From Alcaligenaceae bacterium (GTDB lineage: Bacteria; Pseudomonadota; Gammaproteobacteria; Burkholderiales; Burkholderiaceae_B), in the NCBI GenBank assembly GCA_002737415.1, contig NSIQ01000026.1:116120-180119 (forward strand): a DNA stretch of 64,000 nucleotides, in the 5' to 3' direction. A program made the position numbers and the translations under genes. Below, piece after piece: positions 28,565 through 39,584 of the stretch (positions are counted from its first letter, which is position 1; each line of letters starts with the position of its first letter). Under the pieces are notes generated by a model, which worked only from the letters and a program-made list of their open reading frames with translations, did not search any database and was not told the origin of the DNA.

Positions 28565-30040
28565 TTAGTTTTCGTAGGCCGATTCACCGTGCGAAGTGAT
28601 GTCCAACCCTTCACGCTCTTGATCCTCAGGCACGCGTAAACCAAATACCAGATCCGCGATTTTGAAGGCAATGTAGGCCACAACCCCTGACCAAACCAAG
28701 GTGACCAGAACACTTTGGCCTTGAATCAAGAACTGATCGAATATGGAATAGCCCGGTGTGACAGCATTTGCGACATAGTCATATACGCCCGTTCCACCCA
28801 AGCTTGGTGAGGCAAAGACGGCGGTGAGTAAAGCGCCCAAAATACCAGCCACACCATGGATGCCGAAAACGTCAAGACTGTCGTCTGAACCGAAGATTTT
28901 CTTCAATCCACTCACGCCCCAGATACAAACGATTCCGGCAGCGCCACCAATGGCCAGTGCACCCATTGGGCCAACAAAGCCAGCCGCTGGTGTGATTCCC
29001 ACTAAACCTGCTACACAACCAGAGGCTGCGCCCAACAGTGAGGGCTTACTTTTTAAGAGCCACTCGGCAAAGGTCCAGGCTAGCACCGCTGCGGCTGTTG
29101 CCAGCAAGGTGTTCGCAAAGGCCAGCGCGGCGGTGCCATTGGCTTCGAGCGCTGAGCCAGCATTAAAGCCAAACCAGCCAAACCAAAGCAGCGCAGCACC
29201 GGTCATGACGTGCACCATGTTGTGCGGTTTCATCGACTCTTTGCCTAAGCCTAAACGCTTGCCAATCACAAACGAACCCACCAAACCAGCAATCGCGGCG
29301 TTGATGTGAACCACGGTTCCGCCCGCAAAATCGAGGACACCTTTTTGAAACAGCCAACCGGCTTTCGCACTCATGGCTTCAAGCGAAGCGGCGTCTTTGA
29401 TGTCGTCCGGTCCGGGCCAGAACCAAACCATGTGAGCGATTGGCAAGTAGGCAAAGGTGAACCACAACACCATAAACAACAGGATGGCCGAGAACTTTGC
29501 ACGCTCTGCGAAGGCGCCAACGATTAGGCAGCAAGTGATGGTGGCGAACACGCCTTGAAACGCCATGAATACGTATTCATGGATTGCAACACCTTTACTA
29601 AAGGTTGCCGCAACAGCGTCAGGGTTTAGGCCCGCTAAAAACAGCCGATCGAACTTGCCGATAAAGGCGTTACCTTCTGTAAAAGCCAGGCTGTAGCCAT
29701 AAATCGACCACAGTACGATGATCAACGAGAACACGACCAAACACTGCATCAAGATCGACAAGACGTTTTTACTGCGGGTCAAGCCGCCGTAAAACAAGGC
29801 TAGACCAGGCAGCGTCATCAACAGCACGAGTGCGGTGCAGACGAGCATCCAGGCCGTATCGCCTTTGTTTGGCACGATGGCCACGGGTGCTGCAGCCGGC
29901 GCTGCAGGGGCTGCCGCGGCCGGCGCAAGGGCGGTTGTCGCCGCTTGCGCGTAGACCGGGCTCGTGGAGGCAATCCCAGCGACACCGACAATGATCGCCA
30001 AGAGACCTGACACTAAAAGTTTATTGATCCAATTTGACAC
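28565..30040 (-). CDS. amtB: Ammonium transporter
   Basis: GDTAWML, DFAGGTVVHI, WFGWFGFNAGS and DDSLDVFGIHG motifs. Confidence 0.97.
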   Translation of the reverse strand: MSNWINKLLVSGLLAIIVGVAGIASTSPVYAQAATTALAPAAAAPAAPAAAPVAIVPNKGDTAWMLVCTALVLLMTLPGLALFYGGLTRSKNVLSILMQCLVVFSLIIVLWSIYGYSLAFTEGNAFIGKFDRLFLAGLNPDAVAATFSKGVAIHEYVFMAFQGVFATITCCLIVGAFAERAKFSAILLFMVLWFTFAYLPIAHMVWFWPGPDDIKDAASLEAMSAKAGWLFQKGVLDFAGGTVVHINAAIAGLVGSFVIGKRLGLGKESMKPHNMVHVMTGAALLWFGWFGFNAGSALEANGTAALAFANTLLATAAAVLAWTFAEWLLKSKPSLLGAASGCVAGLVGITPAAGFVGPMGALAIGGAAGIVCIWGVSGLKKIFGSDDSLDVFGIHGVAGILGALLTAVFASPSLGGTGVYDYVANAVTPGYSIFDQFLIQGQSVLVTLVWSGVVAYIAFKIADLVFGLRVPEDQEREGLDITSHGESAYEN

Positions 30041-30054
30041 AGTACACCTCTTAT

Positions 30055-30420
<366 letters not shown>

Positions 30421-30548
30421 TTAGTTAAGGTCGCTAGACGGTATCGCCACCCAAGGCTTTGCCCTGCGAGTTGATGTGTGCGCCTTTGTTTGCGTTGGTG
30501 CCGACATAAGCGATCATTTGTTAAAAATATTTGCTTGGGTGATGAACA

Positions 30549-30564
30549 GCAATAAACGTGCCAA
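30549..30564 (-). promoter_or_regulatory. Sigma54 -24/-12 promoter of glnK-amtB
   Basis: The minus strand reads TTGGCACGTTTATTGC, matching TGGCACG-N4-TTGC. Confidence 0.88.
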
Positions 30565-30637
30565 GCTACGCCTAACAGAATAGGGAGTTTGTAGGGTGGC
30601 CGCGCGAGCAATGGTGGGATAAGCGCCAAACAATAAT

Positions 30638-30673
30638 TGCACTAATAAGGTGCAGTTGCCTTATTTTGGTGCG
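30638..30673. promoter_or_regulatory. Two NtrC-type binding sites
   Basis: TGCACTAATAAGGTGCA (30638-30654) and TGCCTTATTTTGGTGCG (30657-30673) resemble TGCACC-N5-GGTGCA and lie about 75-110 bp upstream of the sigma54 site. Confidence 0.8.
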
Positions 30674-30751
30674 CAACGAGGGGTGGCTTGTGGCGAGTAA
30701 GGATTGACTCGCTCATGCTAATCTTGTCGCGGCTATCGTGCCTTTTGACTT

Positions 30752-31549
30752 GTGATGAAGACTTCTATGGTGACAGTCGCCGAGCCCTTGATCGCACTGC
30801 ATCAACTCGCGAAGCGTTTTGAAACGGGATTGCTTGCTTTAGAGGGGCTTTCTCTGACGATTGCGCCCGGCGAGTTTGTGGCTCTCTTGGGGCCCTCAGG
30901 CTGTGGAAAAAGTACCGTTTTAAAATTGGTGGCGGGTTTGACCGAGCCAACAGAGGGCACGGTATCTTCGCCAGCCCAAGCAGACCCCACCGGCCGCTCT
31001 ACGGCCTTTGTGTTTCAAGAGCCCACCCTCATGCCTTGGGCAACCGTCTTCGAGAACGTCTGGTTACCTTTGCGTTTGCAAGGTCAGACGCGCTTCGAGG
31101 CGATGCCGGTGGTGAGTCGGGTGCTCGCTCAGGTCGGCCTGAGTGACTTCGTACAAAGTCATCCGTCTGAACTCTCGGGAGGCATGAAAATGCGCGTCTC
31201 GATCGCCCGCGCCTTGGTGTCTCAGCCACAGGTTTTATTGATGGATGAACCTTTTGCGGCGTTAGACGATCTTACGCGGCAACGCTTAAATGTTGATTTA
31301 CTTAAATGGTGGCAAGGCGGTTCGATGGCCACACTTTTTGTGACCCACAACGTCGCCGAGGCTGTCTTTTTAAGCCAACGGGTCGTGGTGTTAGGCTCGC
31401 GACCCGGCAAAATCATGGCCGAAGTCACGATCGAAGAGGCGTACCCGCGCGCGGCGACATTTCGAGAAACGCCAGCCTTCTTGCGCCACTGTCAACGCCT
31501 GAGTGCTGCGCTTAATGGCGCAAATTCAACTGAAAGTACGCGCCTGTGA
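30752..31549 (+). CDS. ABC transporter ATP-binding protein (NitT/TauT family)
   Basis: GPSGCGKS Walker A, LSGGMKMR, LMDEPFAALD. Confidence 0.92.
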   Translation: MMKTSMVTVAEPLIALHQLAKRFETGLLALEGLSLTIAPGEFVALLGPSGCGKSTVLKLVAGLTEPTEGTVSSPAQADPTGRSTAFVFQEPTLMPWATVFENVWLPLRLQGQTRFEAMPVVSRVLAQVGLSDFVQSHPSELSGGMKMRVSIARALVSQPQVLLMDEPFAALDDLTRQRLNVDLLKWWQGGSMATLFVTHNVAEAVFLSQRVVVLGSRPGKIMAEVTIEEAYPRAATFRETPAFLRHCQRLSAALNGANSTESTRL

Positions 31550-32310
31550 AGATTGGAAAAATGCTGCTACCGGCCGCTGTTTGCGTGAGTCTGCTGTTGG
31601 GCTGGGAGCTCCTTGTGCGCTGGGCACAAATACCAGCCTACACGCTGCCTGCCCCCTCGGCGGTACTCGAAGCGCTGGTCGCCAACTGGAGCTCGTTGGC
31701 GGCAAGTTGGTGGTTCACGGTCAAAATCACACTCAGTGCTTTGGGTCTGGCCTGTGCCGGGGGAGTCTTGATTGCGTCCGTGTTTGCGTTGTCGCCTCAA
31801 CTCGAGCGAGCGCTCTTTCCGCTGGCGGTGGTGTTGCAGGTGACGCCAATCGTAGCTGTGGCGCCGTTGATTTTGATTTATGTCGAAAGTACCATGGTCG
31901 CGCTGCTGTTATGTGCTTGGATTGTGGCGTTTTTCCCGATTCTGTCGAACACCGTCATTGGTTTAAGGTCGCTTGATGCGAATCTGGTCGATCTTTTTCG
32001 GCTGTACCGAGCGACACCTCTACAAAGACTCAGGTTGCTGCGTGCGCCAACAGCTTTGCCCTATTTTTTGGCGGGGGTAAAAATCTCAGGCGGTTTGAGT
32101 TTGATTGGTGCGGTGACGGCCGAAATGGTGGCGGGTGCGGCCGGTCGAGACACTGGCTTGGCGTCGCGTATTCTTGAGGCGAGCTTCCGTACCGAGACCC
32201 CTAAAATGTTTGCAGCGTTGGTGTTGCTTGTCGCAACAGGTGTCTTGGTGTTTCTGATTTTAAATCTCTTGTCTAGAGCGTTGTTGCTGCGGCGCTCAAG
32301 AGCTGACTGA
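31546..32310 (+). CDS. ABC transporter permease (NitT/TauT family)
   Basis: LPAPS, LQVTPIVAVAPL and EAA-like DLFRLYRA motifs. Confidence 0.9.
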   Translation: MKIGKMLLPAAVCVSLLLGWELLVRWAQIPAYTLPAPSAVLEALVANWSSLAASWWFTVKITLSALGLACAGGVLIASVFALSPQLERALFPLAVVLQVTPIVAVAPLILIYVESTMVALLLCAWIVAFFPILSNTVIGLRSLDANLVDLFRLYRATPLQRLRLLRAPTALPYFLAGVKISGGLSLIGAVTAEMVAGAAGRDTGLASRILEASFRTETPKMFAALVLLVATGVLVFLILNLLSRALLLRRSRAD

Positions 32311-32350
32311 ATCGTCACGCAAGGCTTTTATCGTAAAGTTAAAAAGGAAA

Positions 32351-33373
32351 ATGAGCGTGTATCAAAAACTATTCAAGGTGCTAGTGGTGTTGTTGCTTCA
32401 AACCGGCTTGGCTCAGGCGCAGCAGGCCGTCACGTTCGCGACCAACTGGAAAGCGCAGGCCGCGCATGGTGGGTTTTATCAGGCTGTCGCTGACGGCACC
32501 TATAAAAAATACGGACTCGACGTCAAAATTATTCAGGGCGGCCCCCAAGTCAATAATCGTCCGCTCTTGCCCGCAGGGCGCATTGATTTTTTAATGACGG
32601 GCAATTTGCTGCACAGTTTTGATAACGTTAAAAATAAAGTGCCAGTCGTGACGGTCGCGGCGATATTCCAAAAAGACCCACAGGCCTTAATGGCGCACCC
32701 GGGGCAGGGCTATGAAAACTTTGCAGAGCTTAAAAAAGCGCGAGTTGCCTTCATCGCAAAAGACGGGCAGTTCACATGGTGGCAATGGTTGAAGGTGACG
32801 CACGGTTTCAAAGACGAAGCTCTTAAACCTTATAACTACAACTTAGGTCCGTTTCTATCCAATCCTAAGTCGATTCAGCAGGGCTATTCGGTTGCTGAGC
32901 CGATTTATATCAAAGAACAAGGTAAGTTTGCGCCGGTGGTGCACTTGCTTGCCGACCATGGCTTCTCAACCTACAGTACGTTGATTGAAACCCGCGCCGA
33001 CACCGTCAAAAACAAACCAGAGATGGTGCAAAAATTTGTCGATGCCTCGATTCTTGGCTGGGTAAATTTCATGTACGGCGATCGCCAGCCGGCAACTGCG
33101 TTGATGCTCAAGGATAACCCCGAGCTCTCGGCAGCAGAGGTACAAGCCTCGGTTGAACTGATGAAGCAGCAGGGTATCGTCGACTCGGGCATCGCACAGA
33201 CCTTAGGCATTGGTGCGATGCGGGCCGAGCGCATTCAAGATTTTTATGCGCAGATGATCAAGGCTGGCCTGTATCAAGACAAAGACGTCGATCTTGCGCA
33301 AGTCGCTACCTTGCAGTTTGTGAACAAAGGACTTGGCGTTGAGTTGAGGCAGCAGCTGCTAAAAAATAAATAG
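32351..33373 (+). CDS. ABC transporter substrate-binding protein (NMT1/THI5-like)
   Basis: Signal peptide, TNWKAQAAHGGFYQA and GLDVKIIQGGP motifs. Confidence 0.88.
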   Translation: MSVYQKLFKVLVVLLLQTGLAQAQQAVTFATNWKAQAAHGGFYQAVADGTYKKYGLDVKIIQGGPQVNNRPLLPAGRIDFLMTGNLLHSFDNVKNKVPVVTVAAIFQKDPQALMAHPGQGYENFAELKKARVAFIAKDGQFTWWQWLKVTHGFKDEALKPYNYNLGPFLSNPKSIQQGYSVAEPIYIKEQGKFAPVVHLLADHGFSTYSTLIETRADTVKNKPEMVQKFVDASILGWVNFMYGDRQPATALMLKDNPELSAAEVQASVELMKQQGIVDSGIAQTLGIGAMRAERIQDFYAQMIKAGLYQDKDVDLAQVATLQFVNKGLGVELRQQLLKNK

Positions 33374-33463
33374 TCAGCATGTGCCGTTAGCTTGCGAGCC
33401 CGGCTCTTTTGAGTCGCGGCGCACGCATCACCGCCCGCCACGCTGGGCGGGCTGCGCGCAAGC

Positions 33464-34468
33464 CTACTCGGGTGTCATCTTGGCTTTGATGATGACTTCT
33501 TTCCACTTTGCGGTTTCGCTTTTGATAAAGGCGGTATAAAACTCAGGCGTGCTGCCCACCACCTCGGTTGCCATGTCGCTAATGCGTTTGTTCACTTCAG
33601 GCGTGGCCAGGACACCCGCAACTTGTTTCGATAACTGATTTACGATTTCCTTAGGTGTGCCAGCGGGCGCCATAAATCCGAACCACGCTGTAATTTCAAA
33701 CTCTTTAATCCCCTGCTCAAGAACGGTCGCAACCTCGGGTTGGGCTGGCGAGCGCGCAGCGCTAGTGATCGCAATCGCACGAATCGCATTCGAACGAATA
33801 TAAGGCAGCAGCACGGGCGTGTTGTGAATCAAGACTTCAAACTGCCCGCCTAAACCATCGGTTGTCATTTGTGCGCTTGACTTATAGGGGATGCTGGTCA
33901 TTTTGATGCCAGCGACCAAATTTAGAAGCTCACCGGTTAAGTGCTGTGTGGTGCCTGGGCCCGCTGTACCGTAGCGAATTTTGTTCGGATCTTTTTTTGC
34001 TAAGGCAATCAGTTCTTGCATATTGTTGGCAGGAACTGAAGGGTGCACGGTAATAAAGTTAGGAGTTTTAGTCGCTAGGCTAACTGGGATAAAGTCCTTC
34101 GCAACATCGTAAGGCATTTTCCCGGCCATCAACGTTGGATTGACCGCGATGGGCCCGATCGTATTGTACAAAAATGTGTAGCCATCGGGGGCGGCTTTCG
34201 CAACGCGATCTGTACCAATGTTGCCGGCGGCACCGACAACGTTTTCGATCACAACGGGTTGGCTCCAAAGTTCAGAGAGTTTTTGACCAATTAGCCTGAT
34301 TTGTGTGTCTGGGGCGCTGCCCGGCGGCGCCGGCACGACAAATTTCACCGTTTTCTCTGGCCATTTAGGTTGCGCGTGGGCGGTCTGCGTGAAGCCTAGG
34401 CCCATCATCGTAAAAAGAATGGTAGTCGTCGTAGCCAAGAGGCTGCTGAGTTGTCTAGTTAGTGTCAT
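33464..34468 (-). CDS. Bug/TctC substrate-binding protein
   Basis: WPEKTVKFVVP, PDGYT and IPYKS motifs. Confidence 0.9.
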   Translation of the reverse strand: MTLTRQLSSLLATTTTILFTMMGLGFTQTAHAQPKWPEKTVKFVVPAPPGSAPDTQIRLIGQKLSELWSQPVVIENVVGAAGNIGTDRVAKAAPDGYTFLYNTIGPIAVNPTLMAGKMPYDVAKDFIPVSLATKTPNFITVHPSVPANNMQELIALAKKDPNKIRYGTAGPGTTQHLTGELLNLVAGIKMTSIPYKSSAQMTTDGLGGQFEVLIHNTPVLLPYIRSNAIRAIAITSAARSPAQPEVATVLEQGIKEFEITAWFGFMAPAGTPKEIVNQLSKQVAGVLATPEVNKRISDMATEVVGSTPEFYTAFIKSETAKWKEVIIKAKMTPE

Positions 34469-34585
34469 GTCATCTCGCTTAACGTTCAGTTTTTTTTGAG
34501 CAGTTCAAACAAACCTGCACGAAATTGATTTTATACAGCTTGGCCTGAGATAGGACTGCTCGCTTACCCCTAGCGACTCACGACC

Positions 34586-35794
34586 TTACTTGATGATGGT
34601 TGTATTATGTTCTCCTAAACGAGGTGGCCGTTGACCGGGCTTGCCTGGCGTTTTCGATAATTTGATTGGAATCCCCACGCCTCGATAGTCTGGGCGCTGA
34701 ATAAACATGTCACGAGCGGTGGTGTGTGGTTGTTCAAAGGCTTCTGGCACGCTATGAACCGGCCCCGCTGCAACGCCAATCGCCATGAGCTCTTTGCAAA
34801 GCGTCACGCGCGAAAAGTCCTTTAACGCGGCCTCCATCTCGGTGCGTAGGGCCTCGCGGTTGGTCATGCGTGAAGCGTTGCTGTTGAACAGCGGATTGGT
34901 TAACAGATCCTCGCGCCCAATATATTTACAGAATTTGTTAAATTGCCCTTCATTGACGATCCCTAAAAATATTGTTCCGTCTCCCACAGCGAAGCGGTTA
35001 TAGGTCGGAATATTCGGGTGCGCGCTGCCACTTAACGCCGGGGTGTCCCCTGAAGTCATCCAGTTTGCAGCGTGCGGAATCAGCATGCTCAGGGCCGAAT
35101 CAAAGAGCGTGGATTCAACTCGCTGACCTTGTTGTGTCCGGTTGCGTGCCAATAACGCCATCATGATCCCACAAAAGGCGTTATAGCCCGTGACCTGATC
35201 GACCACCGGAACGCCAATGCGGGTGGGGCCCGAGTGCGGATCGCCGTTGATACTCATCAGTCCACACATGGCTTGCAGCACGGCGTCGTAGCCGGGCAGA
35301 TTAGCCAACGGCCCCGTTGCGCCAAAGCCTGAGATGCTGCAATAGATGAGTTGAGGAAAAGCCTGAGATAGATACTCATCGTAGCCCAGCCCCCATTTTG
35401 CCATCGTGCCAGGGACGAAATTTTCGATGAGAACATCGGCCTGTGCCAGCAGGGCTTCTAGAATTGCTCGGTCCGTTGACTGACTCAGATCGAGACTTAA
35501 GCCGCGCTTGCCGCGGTTAAGCGCAGAGAAATACGCCGCCTGACCGGGCTCGATGAAAGGTGGACCTAACAAGCGGGTCTCGTCGCCTTGTGGTGCTTCA
35601 ATCTTGATGACATCAGCACCGTGGTCTGCCATCATTTGCGCGCACAGAGGCCCTGCTAAGACGCGCGACAAGTCCAGCACGCGCACACCCGCCAACGACC
35701 CTTCAAAGGCCTCAGGCGCGAGCCAGGCCTGTGCGGTTAACAGGTTTGGCGCTAGCTCGTCAGGCGACTGGCCAGCGTGGTCGGGTGTGGACAT
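34586..35794 (-). CDS. Family III CoA-transferase
   Basis: LAGVRVLDLSRVLAGP, NRGKR, GYDAVLQA; Asp present in GVPVVD. Confidence 0.9.
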   Translation of the reverse strand: MSTPDHAGQSPDELAPNLLTAQAWLAPEAFEGSLAGVRVLDLSRVLAGPLCAQMMADHGADVIKIEAPQGDETRLLGPPFIEPGQAAYFSALNRGKRGLSLDLSQSTDRAILEALLAQADVLIENFVPGTMAKWGLGYDEYLSQAFPQLIYCSISGFGATGPLANLPGYDAVLQAMCGLMSINGDPHSGPTRIGVPVVDQVTGYNAFCGIMMALLARNRTQQGQRVESTLFDSALSMLIPHAANWMTSGDTPALSGSAHPNIPTYNRFAVGDGTIFLGIVNEGQFNKFCKYIGREDLLTNPLFNSNASRMTNREALRTEMEAALKDFSRVTLCKELMAIGVAAGPVHSVPEAFEQPHTTARDMFIQRPDYRGVGIPIKLSKTPGKPGQRPPRLGEHNTTIIK

Positions 35795-35797
35795 CGT

Positions 35798-36943
35798 TTA
35801 GCCTCGCGAAGGCAGTTGTACGACTGCAGAGCCTAACACGGACAGCTCATTGTTTTGGTTATGGGCCTCTTGGGTCAGGGCGATCAGGTAGCGATTACCT
35901 TCTTTATATTTTTTCGTGACTTTGGCTCGAATAAAGAGCATGTCGCCGGCCGGATTATGGCGCCTGATTTTGCAGTCTGCCTGACGTAAAAAACCTTCAT
36001 CCCCCATCCAGTTCGTCAGTTGATGCATCAGCCAAGAACTACGCTCTGGGCCGTAGTCGTAAGCACCGGGCGCACCGACCTCAAGGGCGAACTCTTCTTC
36101 CCAGTGCACGCGCTCTGGTACGTCTGGTACGCCGAACCGATTTTTAATACCCACTCCGGGATGCGCGTCGATGAGTTGCCACGCGAGTTTATTGGCGCGA
36201 ATATACAAACCACCCCAGCCCTGGGCATAGGCGATAAAGCCTGTGACGGTCATCGGACCCTTAAACAGTACGGGAAGCTCATCGCCTTCTTGAACGTCGT
36301 CCCAGTAACGCGTGTTGGCGCCGCGAATCTCTTCTGCGGCATAAAGTTTGTAGGCGTCTTGCAGTTGTTCGTCGGTATAGGGCACGACGCCTTTTCCTTG
36401 AACTTCGGCGTATTTGGTGCCTTTCTCTCGCGCATGATCGCGCTCGGTACGAAAGCACCAAGTGTCAGCCTCGGCAAGCTTATCGCCAGTTTGATTAAAG
36501 AAATCAACGTGGTAAGTTTGTTGAATCGCTTTGCCAGCAAAACGGGTATCGTGCTCAACTAGATCTTTTAAATAAGCCTCTGTGCTGATGACATCGTTAC
36601 GTTTGGCGTGTTGATGCCAGACCCAGTTTGAGCCTGACCACATGGCATGCACTCCGGGTAAGCCACCAACATAGCCCGAAACAATGCGACTCGTTGAATA
36701 CAGAAAGCTTGGCAGTGCGATGATCCCGCCGTGTGTGGTTTTGGCCGCGTATTCTGGATCGCACCAAAGCGGGTTGTCATCACCGATGCCATGCGCATAG
36801 TGCCGAATATTGTCGCGTGTGGCCTCATAGCACCAGGGCTCTGCGGTTGAGCCGATTTTGACGCCGAGACGGCGCTTCAAATCTTCGAGACCGTGCTCAG
36901 TGATTTTTGGAAAACTGCGTTGGCCGATTAAGGATAACGACAT
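35798..36943 (-). CDS. Double-hotdog MaoC-like dehydratase
   Basis: RHYAHGIGDDNPLW in the N-terminal domain and YWDDVQEGDELP in the second domain. Confidence 0.8.
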   Translation of the reverse strand: MSLSLIGQRSFPKITEHGLEDLKRRLGVKIGSTAEPWCYEATRDNIRHYAHGIGDDNPLWCDPEYAAKTTHGGIIALPSFLYSTSRIVSGYVGGLPGVHAMWSGSNWVWHQHAKRNDVISTEAYLKDLVEHDTRFAGKAIQQTYHVDFFNQTGDKLAEADTWCFRTERDHAREKGTKYAEVQGKGVVPYTDEQLQDAYKLYAAEEIRGANTRYWDDVQEGDELPVLFKGPMTVTGFIAYAQGWGGLYIRANKLAWQLIDAHPGVGIKNRFGVPDVPERVHWEEEFALEVGAPGAYDYGPERSSWLMHQLTNWMGDEGFLRQADCKIRRHNPAGDMLFIRAKVTKKYKEGNRYLIALTQEAHNQNNELSVLGSAVVQLPSRG

Positions 36944-37030
36944 GAAAAGCTCCTCGTGATTTTTTTAAAGAATTCTGTTGCTTGACGGATATTCGGGTGC
37001 GCTCGAAAGCTAAAAAATCTGTGTGTGTTT

Positions 37031-38569
37031 TTAGCTCGCCTGTTCGCGTAGTTTTTTTCGATGAATTTTTCCGGCAGGTGTTTTAGGTAGCTCTGAGACA
37101 AAAGTGATGTGGCGGGGATATTCATGCTGGCTTAAGCGTGTTCTGACTAAGTCTTGAAGCTCTTGAATGAATTTGGCGTCACCCGGCCGGTTGCTGACCA
37201 CAAAGGCCTTGACGGCTTGGCCGCGCAACGTATCGGGTACACCAATGGCGGCCGCTTCTTGTGCATCGGGGTGTTTGAGGATGGCGTCTTCGATCTCGAC
37301 CGCACTCATGGTCCAGCCTGCCGAAATAATGACATCATCGGCTCGGCCACCATGAAAAAAATAGCCATCGACGTCAGTGTGCCCAAGATCTTTTGTGGCG
37401 AGCCATTGCCCTTTGCGCCACACTTTGATTTCGCCCGTCACGTTTGCTGGGCACGGCTGTCCGGCTGCGTCCTGTACTTGCACCTTTGCACCGGGGATGG
37501 GCTTGCCCAAGGCGCCGCGCTTGACTTCAAAATCTTCGGCGCCGGGGTAGCTGACCAAAATGACACCAATCTCGGTCGTGCCATACATGCTGCAGACGTT
37601 CAGGCCAAAGGTCTGTTTGATAAAGTCTTCGGTGGCGCTGTCGATTGGTTCGCCGGTAAAAGACATTTTTGTTAACGCGTACGACTGCTCGGTTGCAGTG
37701 CCTGCATTTTTCATCATTCGGTAATGCGTGGCAGCGGCCGAGATATTTGTGAAGTGGTGTCTGGCAAGCGCCTGCAAGAGCAGTGTGGCGTTGAATTTAC
37801 CCGCAAAAGAGCCGATGGTAAGACCCAAGGCCATGGGGGCTAGCGTGCCGTGCCATAGCCCGTGTCCCCATGCGGGTGAAGACGGACACATAAAACGATC
37901 GCCTGGTCGCAAACCTGTACCGTACAGCGCTGCGACCATCAGGGTGACGATCGAACGGTGCGTGTGTTTGACGGCTTCGGGCAGTTCGCGCGTGGTGCCA
38001 GAGGTGTACTGGTACATCGCATAGTCGGTTGCTTTTGTGTCGGCTTGAAAGTCTTCTGGATATTGATCGAGTGCAGCCATAAGCGTGTCGTCGGCCAACA
38101 AGGTGCTAGCTTGAAATTGTGCTGAAACGATGTTGATTTTTTCTGCGTTGGTAAAGAGCAGGCTAGGCTGGCAGTCTGCGATTCTGAGGGTCAAACCATC
38201 GGGCCCAAAAAGCGTGAACAACGGGACTGCGATCGCGCCGGCCTTCATGATGCCGAACAAACAAGTGTAAAAAGCGAGTGAAGGCTCAAGCATCACTGCG
38301 ACCCGATCGCCAGGCTTGATGTTCTTTGCCTTTAAAAAATGAGCCATCTGTGACGAGCGCGCAGCTAGCTGGCTGTAAGCGATCACTTCGTCGGGCGCAT
38401 CCGCGCGCAGCACAATGACTGCGGTTTGTTCGCTTTTGGCGTATCGGTCGACGCACTCATAAGAAATATTAAGTTGCTCGCGCGTACCTTCAAATAAATC
38501 CCATAACCGTTCGCTTGAGAAGTTTGCCTGCGCTTGTGCGTAAGAGGTGAAGCCGGTCAGTTTGGTCAT
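37031..38569 (-). CDS. AMP-binding acyl-CoA synthetase
   Basis: YTSGTT, YGTTE, GRADDVI and ELPKTPAGKI motifs. Confidence 0.9.
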   Translation of the reverse strand: MTKLTGFTSYAQAQANFSSERLWDLFEGTREQLNISYECVDRYAKSEQTAVIVLRADAPDEVIAYSQLAARSSQMAHFLKAKNIKPGDRVAVMLEPSLAFYTCLFGIMKAGAIAVPLFTLFGPDGLTLRIADCQPSLLFTNAEKINIVSAQFQASTLLADDTLMAALDQYPEDFQADTKATDYAMYQYTSGTTRELPEAVKHTHRSIVTLMVAALYGTGLRPGDRFMCPSSPAWGHGLWHGTLAPMALGLTIGSFAGKFNATLLLQALARHHFTNISAAATHYRMMKNAGTATEQSYALTKMSFTGEPIDSATEDFIKQTFGLNVCSMYGTTEIGVILVSYPGAEDFEVKRGALGKPIPGAKVQVQDAAGQPCPANVTGEIKVWRKGQWLATKDLGHTDVDGYFFHGGRADDVIISAGWTMSAVEIEDAILKHPDAQEAAAIGVPDTLRGQAVKAFVVSNRPGDAKFIQELQDLVRTRLSQHEYPRHITFVSELPKTPAGKIHRKKLREQAS

Positions 38570-38668
38570 CGGTTGCGGATGTGCAGGATAGGGTGAGTTC
38601 CGGCCTCGGCCGACCTTGTGTATCTAACTTTATCGTTTGCCTCAGTTATTGTCAAATAGCTAATGTTA

Positions 38669-38682
38669 TTGTATTAGTACAA
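38669..38682. promoter_or_regulatory. Candidate operator palindrome in the divergent ligase/IclR promoter region
   Basis: TTGTA-TTAG-TACAA inverted repeat in AT-rich intergenic DNA. Confidence 0.4.
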
Positions 38683-38743
38683 CAAAAGCGATAATATAAA
38701 AAAATAGATATCCCCTTCTCCCCTCGGGCGCACAGGATTCCGA

Positions 38744-39559
38744 ATGAAACAAGGCGATCAAACAGAGTGGTCAGCGAGTCAGGTCGGGCAGCCTGACTTC
38801 TTGGCCACGCCTGGCCCGCGCATCCGTCCTGTGCCAGCCGTGTCGCGTTCGATTGCGATTTTGCGTCTGCTTGGCAAAACGCGTACCCCGCTTGGTGTGA
38901 ACGCAATTGCTCAAGCTTTAGGCTTGGTGCCCAGTACGTGCTTACATATTTTGCGTGCGTTGGTCGAAGAAAAACTCGTCGCTTTTGATCAACAAAGCAA
39001 GCACTACCGCTTAGGAATAGGCATGCTGGCTCTGGCACGCAGTGCGATCGACTCGCATGCCTTTGCCAGTCTCATTCAAGCCGGGCTTGATGACCTGTCG
39101 AGCCACTACAAGGTGACTGCAATCGCCGTTGATGTCACCAACCCCGATCAAATGGTGGTGGTGGCCCTGTCGCGCTCGTCTATCCCGTTTAGGCTCCATG
39201 TCGATGTCGGCAGCGTCTTCCCCTCGCTTTTAAGCGCGACCGGGCGCCTGGTCGCTGCCTTTAGCGGGCAAACTCGCGCCCAACTCAAAACTCGTTTTGA
39301 CAAGCTACGGTGGGCCGGACCACTAGATTTTGATACCTGGCACCAAGAGGTCCGTCAGGCCGCACAGGATGACCATAGTATCGACCGTGGAATCTACATC
39401 GCTGGCGTCACAATCGTCGCGGTCCCTGTGCGTCAACACAGTCAGCCCCCTACGCACACGATTGTTTGCGCCAGCATGATGAATCAGTTGACCGAGGCTG
39501 ACCTAAGCTCTTTAATCCACGTCATGAGATTTCAAGCCGCCCTCGCAACCGGCCCCTAA
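38744..39559 (+). CDS. IclR family transcriptional regulator
   Basis: VPAVSRSIAIL HTH, YRLG and SATGRL motifs. Confidence 0.9.
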   Translation: MKQGDQTEWSASQVGQPDFLATPGPRIRPVPAVSRSIAILRLLGKTRTPLGVNAIAQALGLVPSTCLHILRALVEEKLVAFDQQSKHYRLGIGMLALARSAIDSHAFASLIQAGLDDLSSHYKVTAIAVDVTNPDQMVVVALSRSSIPFRLHVDVGSVFPSLLSATGRLVAAFSGQTRAQLKTRFDKLRWAGPLDFDTWHQEVRQAAQDDHSIDRGIYIAGVTIVAVPVRQHSQPPTHTIVCASMMNQLTEADLSSLIHVMRFQAALATGP

Positions 39560-39584
39560 AAAACCAAAGGAAGACAAGCGAATC

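Noticed and set aside
29880-29950. Ala/Pro low-complexity repeat
   Set aside because: It is the linker after the AmtB signal peptide and is ordinary.
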